The notes under the pieces are model-generated. The model was not told the DNA's origin and searched no databases. It saw nothing but the letters and a program-made list of their open reading frames with translations. From Escherichia phage Ge15, in the sequence record PP359696.1: DNA of 64,000 nucleotides, one strand, 5' to 3'. Positions 27,956 to 37,997 of this stretch are shown here, in pieces. Both the position numbers and the translations under genes were made by a program. Numbering within the stretch: the stretch's first letter is position 1; every line of letters begins with the position of its first letter.

Positions 27956-28981
27956 ATGAAAACTCGTTCTCAAATTGAAGATATGGTTCGTAATGCCAGC
28001 TATACCCGTAATGTTATGACATTTTTGTGCCAAAATAATTTAGACCCTGATAAAGTTAATCGTGATATTCACTTTAAGTATATGAATAGCAGTGAATGGT
28101 TACGTCATTTTAATGAAGCAGGGTATATTACTCAAATGACTGCTCGTGAGCAGCTCACCGATTTCTGTAAAACTATTGATTATAAAAATCCTCTATTTGT
28201 TCAAGGCGTTGGTCAAAGTAAGGTCGATTTATCATCTGGATTTTTCAATCCGAATCATTATCGTATTGAATGGAGATTTATTGCTCTGTTCCGTAGACAA
28301 TTAAAGCAAATTTTGTCTACTGCTAGTCGATTAAAAGGCTCTGATATTAACTTAAAGAACCTGAAATTTGATGGTTATACTCTTCAGATGGAAGTAAGAC
28401 CATTAAAAGAAAATAATAGAACTGCACGAATTAGCTTTAAACCTAATACAAAAAATTCTCTTTCAATTTGTGAATGCCTTAAATCACAGTTGACAGAAGC
28501 ATTTAAGTATATGGATGTTGTTGCTGCTGTTCAATCTAAGATTTTACCTCGTTTTGAACGATTTAAGTTAGATACAACATCATATGAACTTGATATGATC
28601 GTTTCATTTAAATACGATTTTTTGAGAAAGGACGAAGTCCCGCAAGAGAAAAAGCAGGAAGTACAAGATAACTTAAATTTAAATTTATCCAATTACTTAT
28701 CAAACGATCCTAAATTTTGGATGTATAGTTCAGGTAATAAAGATGCATGGAAATTTAATAAAGTGAATTTTCTTCCTATTGAAAATCCGAGTCTTAAACC
28801 TGTTGAAAAATGGCATGCAGATGCAATTGAGAAGTCTATCAAGGCAGTAGATGATGAACTCGTTAAAGCAACTAATGAAGTGCTAGAAGCTGAAAAGATG
28901 TTGGAAAAAGCTCAAGAAAAAGTCAAAAATCTTACGAAGCAACGTTCTAAACTGAACAATGCACTAAATGCACTGAACTAG
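27956..28981 (+). CDS. hypothetical protein with C-terminal coiled coil (array member 2)
   Basis: 341-aa ORF; C-terminus KATNEVLEAEKMLEKAQEKVKNLTKQRSKLNNALNALN. Confidence 0.55.
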   Translation: MKTRSQIEDMVRNASYTRNVMTFLCQNNLDPDKVNRDIHFKYMNSSEWLRHFNEAGYITQMTAREQLTDFCKTIDYKNPLFVQGVGQSKVDLSSGFFNPNHYRIEWRFIALFRRQLKQILSTASRLKGSDINLKNLKFDGYTLQMEVRPLKENNRTARISFKPNTKNSLSICECLKSQLTEAFKYMDVVAAVQSKILPRFERFKLDTTSYELDMIVSFKYDFLRKDEVPQEKKQEVQDNLNLNLSNYLSNDPKFWMYSSGNKDAWKFNKVNFLPIENPSLKPVEKWHADAIEKSIKAVDDELVKATNEVLEAEKMLEKAQEKVKNLTKQRSKLNNALNALN

Positions 28982-29038
28982 TTTACATTGCCACAAGGAT
29001 GTGGTATAATGTTCTTACTTTCTACTGAGGAGATTATT

Positions 29039-30040
29039 ATGACTCGTAACGAATATATCAAATCATTCAATAGCGTTATTGATGATAAAGCTATACCGAT
29101 GTTTGGTCAAAATATCATTCTTTCTATTATCAATCAATGGCTCAATAGTGTTGATGCAAGTATTGTTTCTTCTGCTAAATTTATTCATGAAATTCGTAAA
29201 ATTTCTAGCCGTGTAGATAAAGATGTTATCAAGAAAACTTTTAAAGAGTCTCGTCTTCTTTCATATTTGGTTAATCGGGATATTCTTGGTAATTTTGGGA
29301 AAGAAATTAAACGAACCAAAGATGTAGTAGGATATAATTGGTTCGGTGATGTTAATTCTTATCATCTTAATAATAAAGAAGACCCTGAGAATATTTTTAC
29401 TCGTCGTTGGATTAGTAATTTCAGACTTTTCAAAGGACAAATTCTAAAATCAGCTTCTAAATTATGTTATGGCGATTATCGTCAAATTCATCCTTTGGCT
29501 TCTGATATGATTATCGTAAAAGAATATGAGCTTGATGAAAATAAAGTAGCTATTTTTGTGAATTATGGATTTTTTACACCAAACGCTAACCAAAAGAATA
29601 TTAATAAATTTTTCTCAATTGCTAGCACTATAACTCGTCAGTTAGAGACTGCATTACTTTGTATGGAAACAGTAGAAAATATTCATACATATCCTTTTAA
29701 GAATATATGCGGATGGGAAGGATATAAAATTATAATTAGCCTTCGTGAAGTGAAACGTACGTACTCACCGACTGATAAAGAAATTTACCAACAAAAATGT
29801 GATGAAATTGTGAATACTCCTAAAGAAGAAACTACCCTTGAAGAACTAATGGAATGTCTTGACGATTCGCCTGAACCGATAGAAATTCGTCCAGAAGTTA
29901 TTGCACTAGAAAAAGCTTATAAAGAAGTTCTAGAAATTTCTAATAAAGCGCAGAAAGAATATGAGAAGGCTAAAAGGATTTGGGAAGAATCTGTTAATCG
30001 CCTTGATCGTTTGGAACAAGCTTTACAGTTAATTAAGTAA
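29039..30040 (+). CDS. hypothetical protein with C-terminal coiled coil (array member 3)
   Basis: 333-aa ORF from ATG 29039 (RBS GAGGAG) after a TGGTATAAT promoter. Confidence 0.55.
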   Translation: MTRNEYIKSFNSVIDDKAIPMFGQNIILSIINQWLNSVDASIVSSAKFIHEIRKISSRVDKDVIKKTFKESRLLSYLVNRDILGNFGKEIKRTKDVVGYNWFGDVNSYHLNNKEDPENIFTRRWISNFRLFKGQILKSASKLCYGDYRQIHPLASDMIIVKEYELDENKVAIFVNYGFFTPNANQKNINKFFSIASTITRQLETALLCMETVENIHTYPFKNICGWEGYKIIISLREVKRTYSPTDKEIYQQKCDEIVNTPKEETTLEELMECLDDSPEPIEIRPEVIALEKAYKEVLEISNKAQKEYEKAKRIWEESVNRLDRLEQALQLIK

Positions 30041-30092
30041 TTTAAAGCCAAGGATGGCTCGGAGTATAAATCATTAACCAAGTGAGAAGAAC

Positions 30093-31022
30093 ATGAAAAC
30101 TCGTAAACATTATATTGATTATTTTGACAGTCTTATTATTAAACACCGTAATTATCAGATCGGACACAGAGCAGTAATCAATAATATTCTTCGTGATTTC
30201 CTTCAATATGTTGGCCAGGAAAATCATATCTGTAAAGATACTCAAAACGCTTATTCTCATTCGTTGGGCAATTTGCTTCAATGGTTTAAACGTTCTCGTA
30301 TGTTATCTTCTACTGTAGCTCGCGATAACATTAAAAACTTTATGAAGCCGAGCTTTATTAAATCTGAGACATCTATAACTGATTTGGTTGAATTTACTAT
30401 TGTTAACGATGTTAAAAAGACCCATTTGGCTGATTGGTTATCTACCATTCCTGAAACTAAATTTGCTGATAAATTTGCTTGTCAATTCAATGACCAAGTG
30501 AATATGCTTTTTAAGCATGCTCGCAAACTATTTACCGCGGGCGATGACCGTACAAATACAGTTCATGTTAAGGACTGGGTTATTGCTGATGAAGTAACAC
30601 ACAAGCCAGGTGGTTCATCAGTATTAATTAATATCCAGGTTCCTTATTATTACTCACGTAATCTCGGCACCATGAACTCTAGAGAAATTAATAAGCACAA
30701 CAAAACTATTCGTTCGTTATCTTATAAACTCCGCATGATGTTAAAAATCATGGACGTAGTAGAAATGTATGACGAAACCGAAGATAATGGTTCAATGTTA
30801 TACAGTTCACGCATTTTAATTAAACTGAAGAACCCTAATACATATAAGACAGTTGTAAAAGAGCCTAAAGTAGAAAAGATTGATAACTTGAGCGAAGAAC
30901 GTGAATACCTCAAATCTCGACTAGTTGAAGTTGAAGCTCAGATTGCCGAACACACTAAATTGTTAAAAGCTCTTAATGCAAAAGCAAATGGTTTACGTAA
31001 TGCTATTGAGGTATTGAAATGA
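30093..31022 (+). CDS. hypothetical protein with C-terminal coiled coil (array member 4)
   Basis: 309-aa ORF; C-terminus [44 protein letters not shown]. Confidence 0.55.
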   Translation: MKTRKHYIDYFDSLIIKHRNYQIGHRAVINNILRDFLQYVGQENHICKDTQNAYSHSLGNLLQWFKRSRMLSSTVARDNIKNFMKPSFIKSETSITDLVEFTIVNDVKKTHLADWLSTIPETKFADKFACQFNDQVNMLFKHARKLFTAGDDRTNTVHVKDWVIADEVTHKPGGSSVLINIQVPYYYSRNLGTMNSREINKHNKTIRSLSYKLRMMLKIMDVVEMYDETEDNGSMLYSSRILIKLKNPNTYKTVVKEPKVEKIDNLSEEREYLKSRLVEVEAQIAEHTKLLKALNAKANGLRNAIEVLK

Positions 31023-31408
31023 AAAAGCGTCTATTAGAAGATATTGCAGCTTCAAGTAATTCCAGTCTAATTAAAATTATTATGGCTGGTGAAGAAGACG
31101 ATCTGGAAATGCGCGGAAAGATTCATGGTTGTGATGATTTAGATTTTAAACCTCCAGCCTGGGATGCTATTATGGTTATGGTTGAACGTCGCGAAAGGGC
31201 TTCTAAAAACGTTCCTAATTGTCCTGAATGCGGTACTGAACAAGTTCAATTGATTAACTGGCGTAAACCGGAACTTGAATATAAATGCCGTCATTGCAAA
31301 CATAAATTTAGTAAGCATGCTCCGGAAATGGTTAAATTACCTGACTCTACTGAGTTCTTTAAAGAACTTGCGAGTGTTCAACCAATGCCTAATAATATTT
31401 TGGATTAA
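31019..31408 (+). CDS. hypothetical zinc-ribbon protein
   Basis: 129-aa ORF with CPECG ... CRHCKH. Confidence 0.5.
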
Positions 31409-31409
31409 A

Positions 31410-31652
31410 ATGACAAAGCGTAAAGAATATATGGAGACTGCTGAAAAGGCAGTCCGTGAATTAGCAATAGCGTATTATAATGAACATGGTAAATTTCCTG
31501 ATAGATATAGCGTGCTTAAATCTGCTTTAACTCGTTCATATAAAAATATGCTATCAGAAGTAAGTGATATTATATACAAACATAAAGAACAAACAGGTCA
31601 AAGTCTTGATTACGACGAGACTTTTAAACAAGTACTAGGAATTAAGGAATAA
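31410..31652 (+). CDS. hypothetical protein
   Basis: 80-aa ORF from ATG 31410. Confidence 0.5.
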
Positions 31653-31653
31653 T

Positions 31654-31917
31654 ATGTTTAAAGTATATGGTTATGATAGCAACATCCATAAATGTGTGTA
31701 TTGCGATAATGCAAAACGTCTCTTGACTGTGAAGAAACAGCCATTTGAATTTATCAACATTATGCCGGAAAAAGGTGTTTTTGATGATGAGAAAATCGCT
31801 GAGCTTCTGACGAAACTAGGTCGTGATACTCAAATTGGTTTGACAATGCCACAAGTATTTGCTCCTGATGGAAGTCATATTGGTGGATTTGACCAACTGC
31901 GAGAATATTTTAAATGA
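31654..31917 (+). CDS. nrdC: glutaredoxin (thioredoxin) NrdC
   Basis: 87-aa ORF MFKVYGYDSNIHKCVYCDNAKRLL... with CVYC active site; T4 NrdC. Confidence 0.92.
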   Translation: MFKVYGYDSNIHKCVYCDNAKRLLTVKKQPFEFINIMPEKGVFDDEKIAELLTKLGRDTQIGLTMPQVFAPDGSHIGGFDQLREYFK

Positions 31918-32129
31918 TGCTCGAAGGAAATGACTATATTCATGATTACCGCGGAAGCGCGGTATATGTAGGTGATGAAGTTGCAGTTTATTATGGGTAT
32001 GGAACTTTGATGACAGCAAAGGTTATTCAAATTAAAAATAATCGTGCTAAACTCGAAGTTTATTATTCTAATGGTGAAAAGTCTATTTCTAAGTGGAAAT
32101 ACGGCGATTGTATGGTTAAATTGGGGTAA
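31914..32129 (+). CDS. hypothetical protein
   Basis: 71-aa ORF overlapping nrdC stop. Confidence 0.5.
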   Translation: MMLEGNDYIHDYRGSAVYVGDEVAVYYGYGTLMTAKVIQIKNNRAKLEVYYSNGEKSISKWKYGDCMVKLG

Positions 32130-32131
32130 AT

Positions 32132-32302
32132 ATGATTTACGATATTAATGTATCACGAGCTCCGTCAATGGTTACTATTCCTGCTGAAGAACTAGATCGT
32201 CTTCATAAAATTGAAGAACTTCTTTGGGAAATTGAATGTGCCCTGCCATCAGGACTAGAATCCTGGATTGATGATGAAGAACTTAATAAATTGCGAAATT
32301 AA
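32132..32302 (+). CDS. hypothetical small protein
   Basis: 56-aa ORF (below track cutoff). Confidence 0.4.
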   Translation: MIYDINVSRAPSMVTIPAEELDRLHKIEELLWEIECALPSGLESWIDDEELNKLRN

Positions 32303-32312
32303 TTGGTGAAAA

Positions 32313-32633
32313 ATGACTATTGAAAATAAATTAGATGTTGATGCAGTTCTGAGCGAAATCATTGAAGACCATGATGCATTTTCGGAAAACTATGATTTCG
32401 ATTTTTCCGATTATCTTAAACCTGTCGAAATAGAAGACTGGGTGCAAGATGGTAAATGTCAATATCGTCAGTGTGTTTACTTTAGTCCAAAACATAATGT
32501 ACATGTGGCTGTAAATGAATCTCGCTCAGGTTCTTACCATTCTGACTGGTATTATGCAGTTCCGACTGTTGAACTAGTCGAGCCCCATGAACGTGTAGTA
32601 ACTCAGACAGTACGAGAATGGATTACGCTATAA
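32313..32633 (+). CDS. hypothetical protein
   Basis: 106-aa ORF. Confidence 0.5.
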   Translation: MTIENKLDVDAVLSEIIEDHDAFSENYDFDFSDYLKPVEIEDWVQDGKCQYRQCVYFSPKHNVHVAVNESRSGSYHSDWYYAVPTVELVEPHERVVTQTVREWITL

Positions 32634-32756
32634 AACCTTGGTGGGCGGCTAGATGGGAAACTGTAGAGCCAGAGCCGGAAGAACCGGTTTACACTGATGA
32701 AGAAACAATATATAATGAACCAACGATAAATGACTTAATTGATATGGAGATGGGAC

Positions 32757-33242
32757 ATGATTACAGTAGATAAGTGGTTTAGAATTAATCGTGCTGATAC
32801 AGGGCTGTGTAATTACTGGCCGGAACTTAGTGCAGGTACTGTCTTTAAAGTTCGTGAACTTGCAAAAGAATGTGAAGATGATATAGAGCCTGATACTGGA
32901 ATTATTGAAATTGAACTTTCTGATGGAAAGATTATTAACATCTACGATAAGCCAATTACGTATTGGTGCTTGTGGAATACTGAATCAGTAGAAAATGGCG
33001 AAATTGAAGAAGTTGTAGATAGAACTAATCAAGTTGTTCAGAAGCCTAAAGCTGATTTTCAAGGTGAACGTATTTCATATGCATTAGCTAAATTAGCTGC
33101 ACAAGAAAATAACGATGGCTATGAAGGAAATTTGATGCAAGCTGCGGCAGAATATATTGAATGGCTTGAAACCCAAATTTCTTTTTCTGACCAAAAGATT
33201 CGGCAATATAAGCGATTGAATCAAATGTTTTACAATACTTGA
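32757..33242 (+). CDS. pin: Pin-like protein (host protease inhibitor)
   Basis: 161-aa ORF from ATG 32757, directly upstream of gene 49 as T4 pin; the track ORF begins at an upstream TTG. Confidence 0.6.
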   Translation: MITVDKWFRINRADTGLCNYWPELSAGTVFKVRELAKECEDDIEPDTGIIEIELSDGKIINIYDKPITYWCLWNTESVENGEIEEVVDRTNQVVQKPKADFQGERISYALAKLAAQENNDGYEGNLMQAAAEYIEWLETQISFSDQKIRQYKRLNQMFYNT

Positions 33243-33283
33243 AAATAATAAATACCCTTATCTATTTAAGGTAAGGGTTTATT

Positions 33284-33757
33284 ATGTTATTGACTGGCAA
33301 ATTATACAAAGAAGAAAAACAGAAATTTTATGATGCACAAAACGGTAAATGCTTAATTTGCCAACGAGAACTAAATCCTGATGTTCAAGCTAATCATCTT
33401 GATCATGACCATGAATTAAATGGACCAAAAGCAGGAAAGGTGCGTGGATTGCTTTGTAATCTCTGCAATGCCGCAGAAGGTCAAATGAAACATAAATTTA
33501 ATCGTTCTGGCTTAAAGGGGCAAGGTGTTGATTATCTTGAATGGTTAGAAAATTTACTTACTTATTTAAAATCCGATTACACCCAAAATAATATTCATCC
33601 TAACTTTGTTGGAGATAAATCAAAGGAATTTTCTCGTTTAGGAAAAGAGGAAATGATGGCTGAGATGCTTCAAAGAGGATTTGAATATAATGAATCTGAC
33701 ACTAAAACACAATTAATAGCTTCATTCAAGAAGCAGCTTAGAAAGAGTTTAAAATGA
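33284..33757 (+). CDS. 49: endonuclease VII (Holliday junction resolvase) gp49
   Basis: 157-aa ORF with zinc-binding CLICQ ... CNLCN motifs; T4 endo VII. Confidence 0.9.
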   Translation: MLLTGKLYKEEKQKFYDAQNGKCLICQRELNPDVQANHLDHDHELNGPKAGKVRGLLCNLCNAAEGQMKHKFNRSGLKGQGVDYLEWLENLLTYLKSDYTQNNIHPNFVGDKSKEFSRLGKEEMMAEMLQRGFEYNESDTKTQLIASFKKQLRKSLK

Positions 33758-35571
33758 CAATTGAAAAAGAAATTGAAGGATTGATTCATAAAACTAATAA
33801 AGACCTTTTAAACGAGAATGCTAATAAAGATTCTCGTGTTTTTCCAACTCAACGGGACCTTATGGCTGGTATTGTGTCTAAACACATTGCCAAAAATATG
33901 GTCCCGTCTTTTATTATGAAAGCGCATGAAAGCGGAATTATTCATTTCCATGATATTGATTATTCCCCTGCTCTTCCATTTACTAATTGCTGTTTAGTAG
34001 ATTTAAAAGGAATGCTTGAGAACGGATTTAAGCTTGGTAATGCACAGATTGAAACTCCTAAATCAATTGGCGTTGCTACTGCAATTATGGCACAAATTAC
34101 TGCACAGGTTGCTTCCCATCAATACGGCGGAACGACTTTTGCTAATGTAGATAAAGTACTTTCTCCTTATGTTAAACGCACCTATGCAAAACATATTGAG
34201 GATGCAGAAAAATGGCAAATCGCTGATGCGTTGAATTATGCTCAATCTAAAACAGAAAAAGATGTATACGATGCATTCCAAGCTTATGAATATGAAGTAA
34301 ATACTCTCTTTAGTTCAAACGGACAAACACCTTTTGTAACAATTACATTTGGTACAGGAACTGACTGGACTGAACGAATGATTCAGAAAGCAATTCTGAA
34401 AAATCGTATTAAAGGTCTCGGTCGTGATGGGATAACTCCTATTTTCCCTAAGCTTGTTATGTTCGTTGAAGAAGGTGTTAATCTTTATAAAGACGATCCG
34501 AACTACGATATTAAGCAGCTTGCTCTAGAGTGCGCAAGCAAAAGAATGTATCCTGATATTATTTCAGCTAAGAACAATAAAGCTATCACCGGCTCATCTA
34601 TTCCTGTTTCTCCAATGGGTTGCCGTAGTTTCTTGAGCGTATGGAAAGATTCGACTGGTAATGAAATTCTTGATGGACGTAATAATCTCGGTGTTGTAAC
34701 ACTGAATCTTCCTCGTATCGCATTAGATTCTTATATTGGAACACAGTTCAATGAACAGAAATTTATCGAATTATTTAATGAACGAATGGATTTATGTTTT
34801 GAAGCTTTGATGTGTAGAATTAGTTCCTTAAAAGGAGTTAAAGCTACTGTTGCTCCTATTCTTTACCAAGAAGGTGCATTCGGGGTTCGTCTTAAACCTG
34901 ATGACGACATAATTGAGTTATTTAAAAACGGTAGAAGTTCAGTGTCTTTAGGATACATTGGTATCCACGAATTGAATATTCTTGTCGGACGTGATATTGG
35001 ACAAGAAATTTTAACTAAAATGAATGCTCTTCTTAAACAATGGACTGAAAGAACTGGGTTTGCTTTTAGCTTGTATTCTACACCTGCTGAAAACTTGTGT
35101 TATCGCTTCTGTAAACTCGATACAGAAAAATATGGAAGTGTAAAAGATGTTACAGATAAAGGCTGGTACACTAATAGTTTCCATGTTTCAGTAGAAGAAA
35201 ATATTACTCCGTTTGAAAAGATTTCTCGTGAAGCGCCATATCATTTCATTGCGACAGGTGGTCACATTTCTTATGTTGAACTTCCTGATATGAAAAATAA
35301 CTTAAAGGGTCTTGAGGCCGTATGGGATTATGCTGCACAACATTTAGATTATTTTGGTGTTAATATGCCAGTAGATAAATGTTTTACATGTGGAAGTACT
35401 CATGAAATGACTCCTACTGAAAACGGATTTGTTTGTTCTATTTGTGGAGAAACTGATCCTAAAAAGATGAACACAATAAGAAGAACATGTGGTTATTTGG
35501 GAAATCCGAACGAACGCGGATTTAATCTCGGTAAAAATAAAGAAATCATGCATAGGGTTAAACACCAATGA
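33754..35571 (+). CDS. nrdD: anaerobic ribonucleoside-triphosphate reductase NrdD (uninterrupted)
   Basis: 605-aa continuous ORF with C-terminal glycyl radical motif RRTCGYLG and zinc ribbon CFTCGS...CSICG. Confidence 0.95.
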   Translation: MTIEKEIEGLIHKTNKDLLNENANKDSRVFPTQRDLMAGIVSKHIAKNMVPSFIMKAHESGIIHFHDIDYSPALPFTNCCLVDLKGMLENGFKLGNAQIETPKSIGVATAIMAQITAQVASHQYGGTTFANVDKVLSPYVKRTYAKHIEDAEKWQIADALNYAQSKTEKDVYDAFQAYEYEVNTLFSSNGQTPFVTITFGTGTDWTERMIQKAILKNRIKGLGRDGITPIFPKLVMFVEEGVNLYKDDPNYDIKQLALECASKRMYPDIISAKNNKAITGSSIPVSPMGCRSFLSVWKDSTGNEILDGRNNLGVVTLNLPRIALDSYIGTQFNEQKFIELFNERMDLCFEALMCRISSLKGVKATVAPILYQEGAFGVRLKPDDDIIELFKNGRSSVSLGYIGIHELNILVGRDIGQEILTKMNALLKQWTERTGFAFSLYSTPAENLCYRFCKLDTEKYGSVKDVTDKGWYTNSFHVSVEENITPFEKISREAPYHFIATGGHISYVELPDMKNNLKGLEAVWDYAAQHLDYFGVNMPVDKCFTCGSTHEMTPTENGFVCSICGETDPKKMNTIRRTCGYLGNPNERGFNLGKNKEIMHRVKHQ

Positions 35572-36038
35572 ATTACGATAGATTTTATCCCTGTGATTTT
35601 GTGAATGGCCCTGGATGCAGGGTCGTTCTTTTCGTTACAGGTTGTTTGCATAAATGCGAAGGGTGTTATAATAAATCGACATGGAATGCTAGAAATGGTG
35701 TTCCATTCACTGGTGAAACACTAGAACAATTAATTGAATGTTTGAATAATGATTATATAGAAGGATTGACTATAACCGGAGGTGACCCTCTCTATCCTGA
35801 TAACAGAGACGTGATTCACTCTGTGGTTCAAACTATTAAAAATCTTTATCCCAATAAAAGCATTTGGTTGTGGACAGGATATAAGTTTGAAGATATTAAA
35901 CAACTAGAAATGCTTAAATATGTTGATGTTATTATTGATGGGAAGTATGAGAAAAATCTTCCGACCAAAAAGCTGTGGCGAGGATCAGATAATCAGCGAC
36001 TTTGGTCAAATACCGATGGGGTGTGGACACATGATTAA
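35568..36038 (+). CDS. nrdG: anaerobic RNR activating enzyme NrdG (radical SAM)
   Basis: 156-aa ORF with Cys cluster CLHKCEGC, coupled to nrdD. Confidence 0.9.
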   Translation: MNYDRFYPCDFVNGPGCRVVLFVTGCLHKCEGCYNKSTWNARNGVPFTGETLEQLIECLNNDYIEGLTITGGDPLYPDNRDVIHSVVQTIKNLYPNKSIWLWTGYKFEDIKQLEMLKYVDVIIDGKYEKNLPTKKLWRGSDNQRLWSNTDGVWTHD

Positions 36039-36153
36039 ATTGAATTACATTATGGATACTATAAATGATATGATTTTTCATTTTGGTCCAGAATTTTATT
36101 CGCAATATAGTTTAGTGCTTATCAATGCTTGGTTAATCAATTAAGGGTAAAAT

Positions 36154-36369
36154 ATGTATAAATTTCGTAAAGGTTTAGCTGATTTTCTTACAACTGTAAC
36201 GTTCTTTTTGTTTATGGCAGTTGGTGCTATTTTTCTTATTCCTTTTATTGCTATATTTTTCGTGATTAGCTTAATTTCTCCAGAAAAAGGCTTATCTTCT
36301 AGCGAGTTCAATGAGCGTCTGGATAAAATTACTAACAAACTGAATGCTGTTCTTGATAAAAAGGCCTAA
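36154..36369 (+). CDS. small membrane protein
   Basis: 71-aa ORF with one or two TM helices. Confidence 0.5.
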   Translation: MYKFRKGLADFLTTVTFFLFMAVGAIFLIPFIAIFFVISLISPEKGLSSSEFNERLDKITNKLNAVLDKKA

Positions 36370-36371
36370 TT

Positions 36372-36683
36372 ATGATTAGTTTTGAGCGATATGTGGTAGA
36401 GAGTTGGAAGGGTTTTGATATGTTCGGTAATGACTATTATTTCTATGAATGTAGTCTAAATCCTAGTTTTTGGGCTGGACGAGAACGAGAACTTGAAGAA
36501 ATTAATAACCGTGCTGAATTGTTAGGTGAATTACCTACGGTTTATTTTACCTTTGATGCATCTGGATTTGTTATCCAGGTTTATTTTCCTGAAGAAAATT
36601 CTGGCGATGATTCTGTTAACCCGCCATACTGGGCTTATCAAGGAATTATTTCTCGTGGAACAAAACTCGAACTTAAAGAATAA
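36372..36683 (+). CDS. hypothetical protein
   Basis: 103-aa ORF. Confidence 0.5.
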   Translation: MISFERYVVESWKGFDMFGNDYYFYECSLNPSFWAGRERELEEINNRAELLGELPTVYFTFDASGFVIQVYFPEENSGDDSVNPPYWAYQGIISRGTKLELKE

Positions 36684-36978
36684 GATTGAAGTCTATGGAA
36701 TTCCAGATGAAGTAGGTCGTTGTCCTGGATGTCAATCAGTTACAAAACTTCTAAAGGAGCTTAATGCTCCTTTTACTTTCTATAAAGTTCTTACAAATAA
36801 TGGTAAGATTGAGTATGATCGTCCACTGATTGTATCTCTTGCTAAACGCGCTGGATTCACATCTCTTAACATTCGTTATCCAGTCATTTTCATCAATGAT
36901 TCTAGACAAAAGAACATTAAACACTTCAAAGAAACTCTCATTTCACTTGGATATGATAGAGATATCATAGAAGACTAA
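36655..36978 (+). CDS. nrdH: glutaredoxin/thioredoxin-like redoxin (NrdH-like)
   Basis: CPGC motif (YGIPDEVGRCPGCQ); start inferred at GTG 36655 with AAGGA RBS, 29-nt overlap with upstream gene; no in-frame ATG near the domain. Confidence 0.55.
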   Translation: MEQNSNLKNKIEVYGIPDEVGRCPGCQSVTKLLKELNAPFTFYKVLTNNGKIEYDRPLIVSLAKRAGFTSLNIRYPVIFINDSRQKNIKHFKETLISLGYDRDIIED

Positions 36979-37003
36979 GGCGGGCCCTCTGGGCCTTTCT
37001 TTC
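36979..37003 (+). terminator. rho-independent terminator
   Basis: GGCGGGCCC-TCT-GGGCC hairpin then TTTCTTTC. Confidence 0.6.
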
Positions 37004-37136
37004 TTACATTCTGTATATTACCATTCTAAGCTATCGTTCCTTTCTTATCATTCCCTAAAATATTTTTCACAAAGTTGTTTACAACAAGCTCAAACTGTGG
37101 TATTATTAACACATGAATTGCCTTTGAGGAATTGAT

Positions 37137-37319
37137 ATGGTTGTGGTTGATAAAGAAATTAAAAAGGGGCAGTATTATCTCATTAATGGTAATGCTGTTC
37201 GTGTTACTCATGTAAATAGTTTTGAAGTTTGCTATATTATACTCAAGTTACATAAACGCATGATTTGCGATCGTGCTGCATTTAGTTCAGTTGCTAAGGA
37301 AATTAAACTCCATGGGTAA
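37137..37319 (+). CDS. hypothetical protein
   Basis: 60-aa ORF after a TGGTATTAT promoter. Confidence 0.45.
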   Translation: MVVVDKEIKKGQYYLINGNAVRVTHVNSFEVCYIILKLHKRMICDRAAFSSVAKEIKLHG

Positions 37320-37605
37320 AACGTATCGTCGTAAAGATTTAAAAGTACGTGATTATGACTATTTCGGAAAGCGTAAAGCTCCTGATGGGGTAAGTCATAA
37401 AGATATGGTTGAAAACATTTTTCGCTCAGATAAATGGCGTAGAATGAAAGGTATTGATTCAGAAGTTAAAGATGAGCTAAATCGCCAATTACGTGGTGAA
37501 GTAAGAAAGTTGAAAAAATCAGTTTACATTGACGATGATTTTGATTATAATACTTCTCAACGAGTTGCTAAACGTAAATCAAACGAGTGTTATCGTTACA
37601 GCTGA
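37312..37605 (+). CDS. hypothetical basic protein
   Basis: 97-aa ORF from ATG 37312, Lys/Arg-rich. Confidence 0.5.
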   Translation: MGKTYRRKDLKVRDYDYFGKRKAPDGVSHKDMVENIFRSDKWRRMKGIDSEVKDELNRQLRGEVRKLKKSVYIDDDFDYNTSQRVAKRKSNECYRYS

Positions 37606-37612
37606 GGAAATT

Positions 37613-37744
37613 ATGAATATCAAACGAATGCTTTTTAAGCAGGGGTTATACACTTTAAATGTTACTCCAAAAGGTGATACAACTAAGTGGTCAGTAAATG
37701 ACTGGATTAAATTTATTGATGAAAACGGTAACTGGAAAATTTAA
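37613..37744 (+). CDS. hypothetical small protein
   Basis: 43-aa ORF from ATG 37613 with GAGGAAA RBS. Confidence 0.4.
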   Translation: MNIKRMLFKQGLYTLNVTPKGDTTKWSVNDWIKFIDENGNWKI

Positions 37745-37945
37745 ATGAATCCTGAATCTAAATTATCACAACGAATTGCCGAATCTCGTCGTCAGTTCTT
37801 TGAAAATATGATAGCCCAAGGTATTGATGATGAAGTTTTTCTAAACTGGTTTTGGAATCACAAATATTCAAGTTGCTCAGGAGCAATATTAATATCAGCC
37901 GCAATGATGTATGAAGGCTGGAAGGGTGCCAAACAGTTTAGCTAA
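37745..37945 (+). CDS. hypothetical protein
   Basis: 66-aa ORF followed by a terminator. Confidence 0.5.
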   Translation: MNPESKLSQRIAESRRQFFENMIAQGIDDEVFLNWFWNHKYSSCSGAILISAAMMYEGWKGAKQFS

Positions 37946-37962
37946 GGGCTTCGGCCCTTTTT
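37945..37962 (+). terminator. rho-independent terminator
   Basis: AGGGCTTCGGCCCT hairpin then TTTTT. Confidence 0.75.
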
Positions 37963-37997
37963 GGATAATAAAATTTTAACGCAATTGAGGATAATGT

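Noticed and set aside
32739-32756. Track start (TTG 32739) for pin
   Set aside because: First ATG at 32757 gives a 161-aa product consistent with T4 Pin.
33754-35571. Expected group I intron / homing endonuclease in nrdD
   Set aside because: nrdD is a single uninterrupted 605-aa ORF; no intron-like insertion.
36526-36654. Track ORF start at 36526 for the redoxin gene
   Set aside because: Would need a 158-nt out-of-frame overlap with the upstream gene and gives a junk-like N-terminus; GTG 36655 with RBS preferred.
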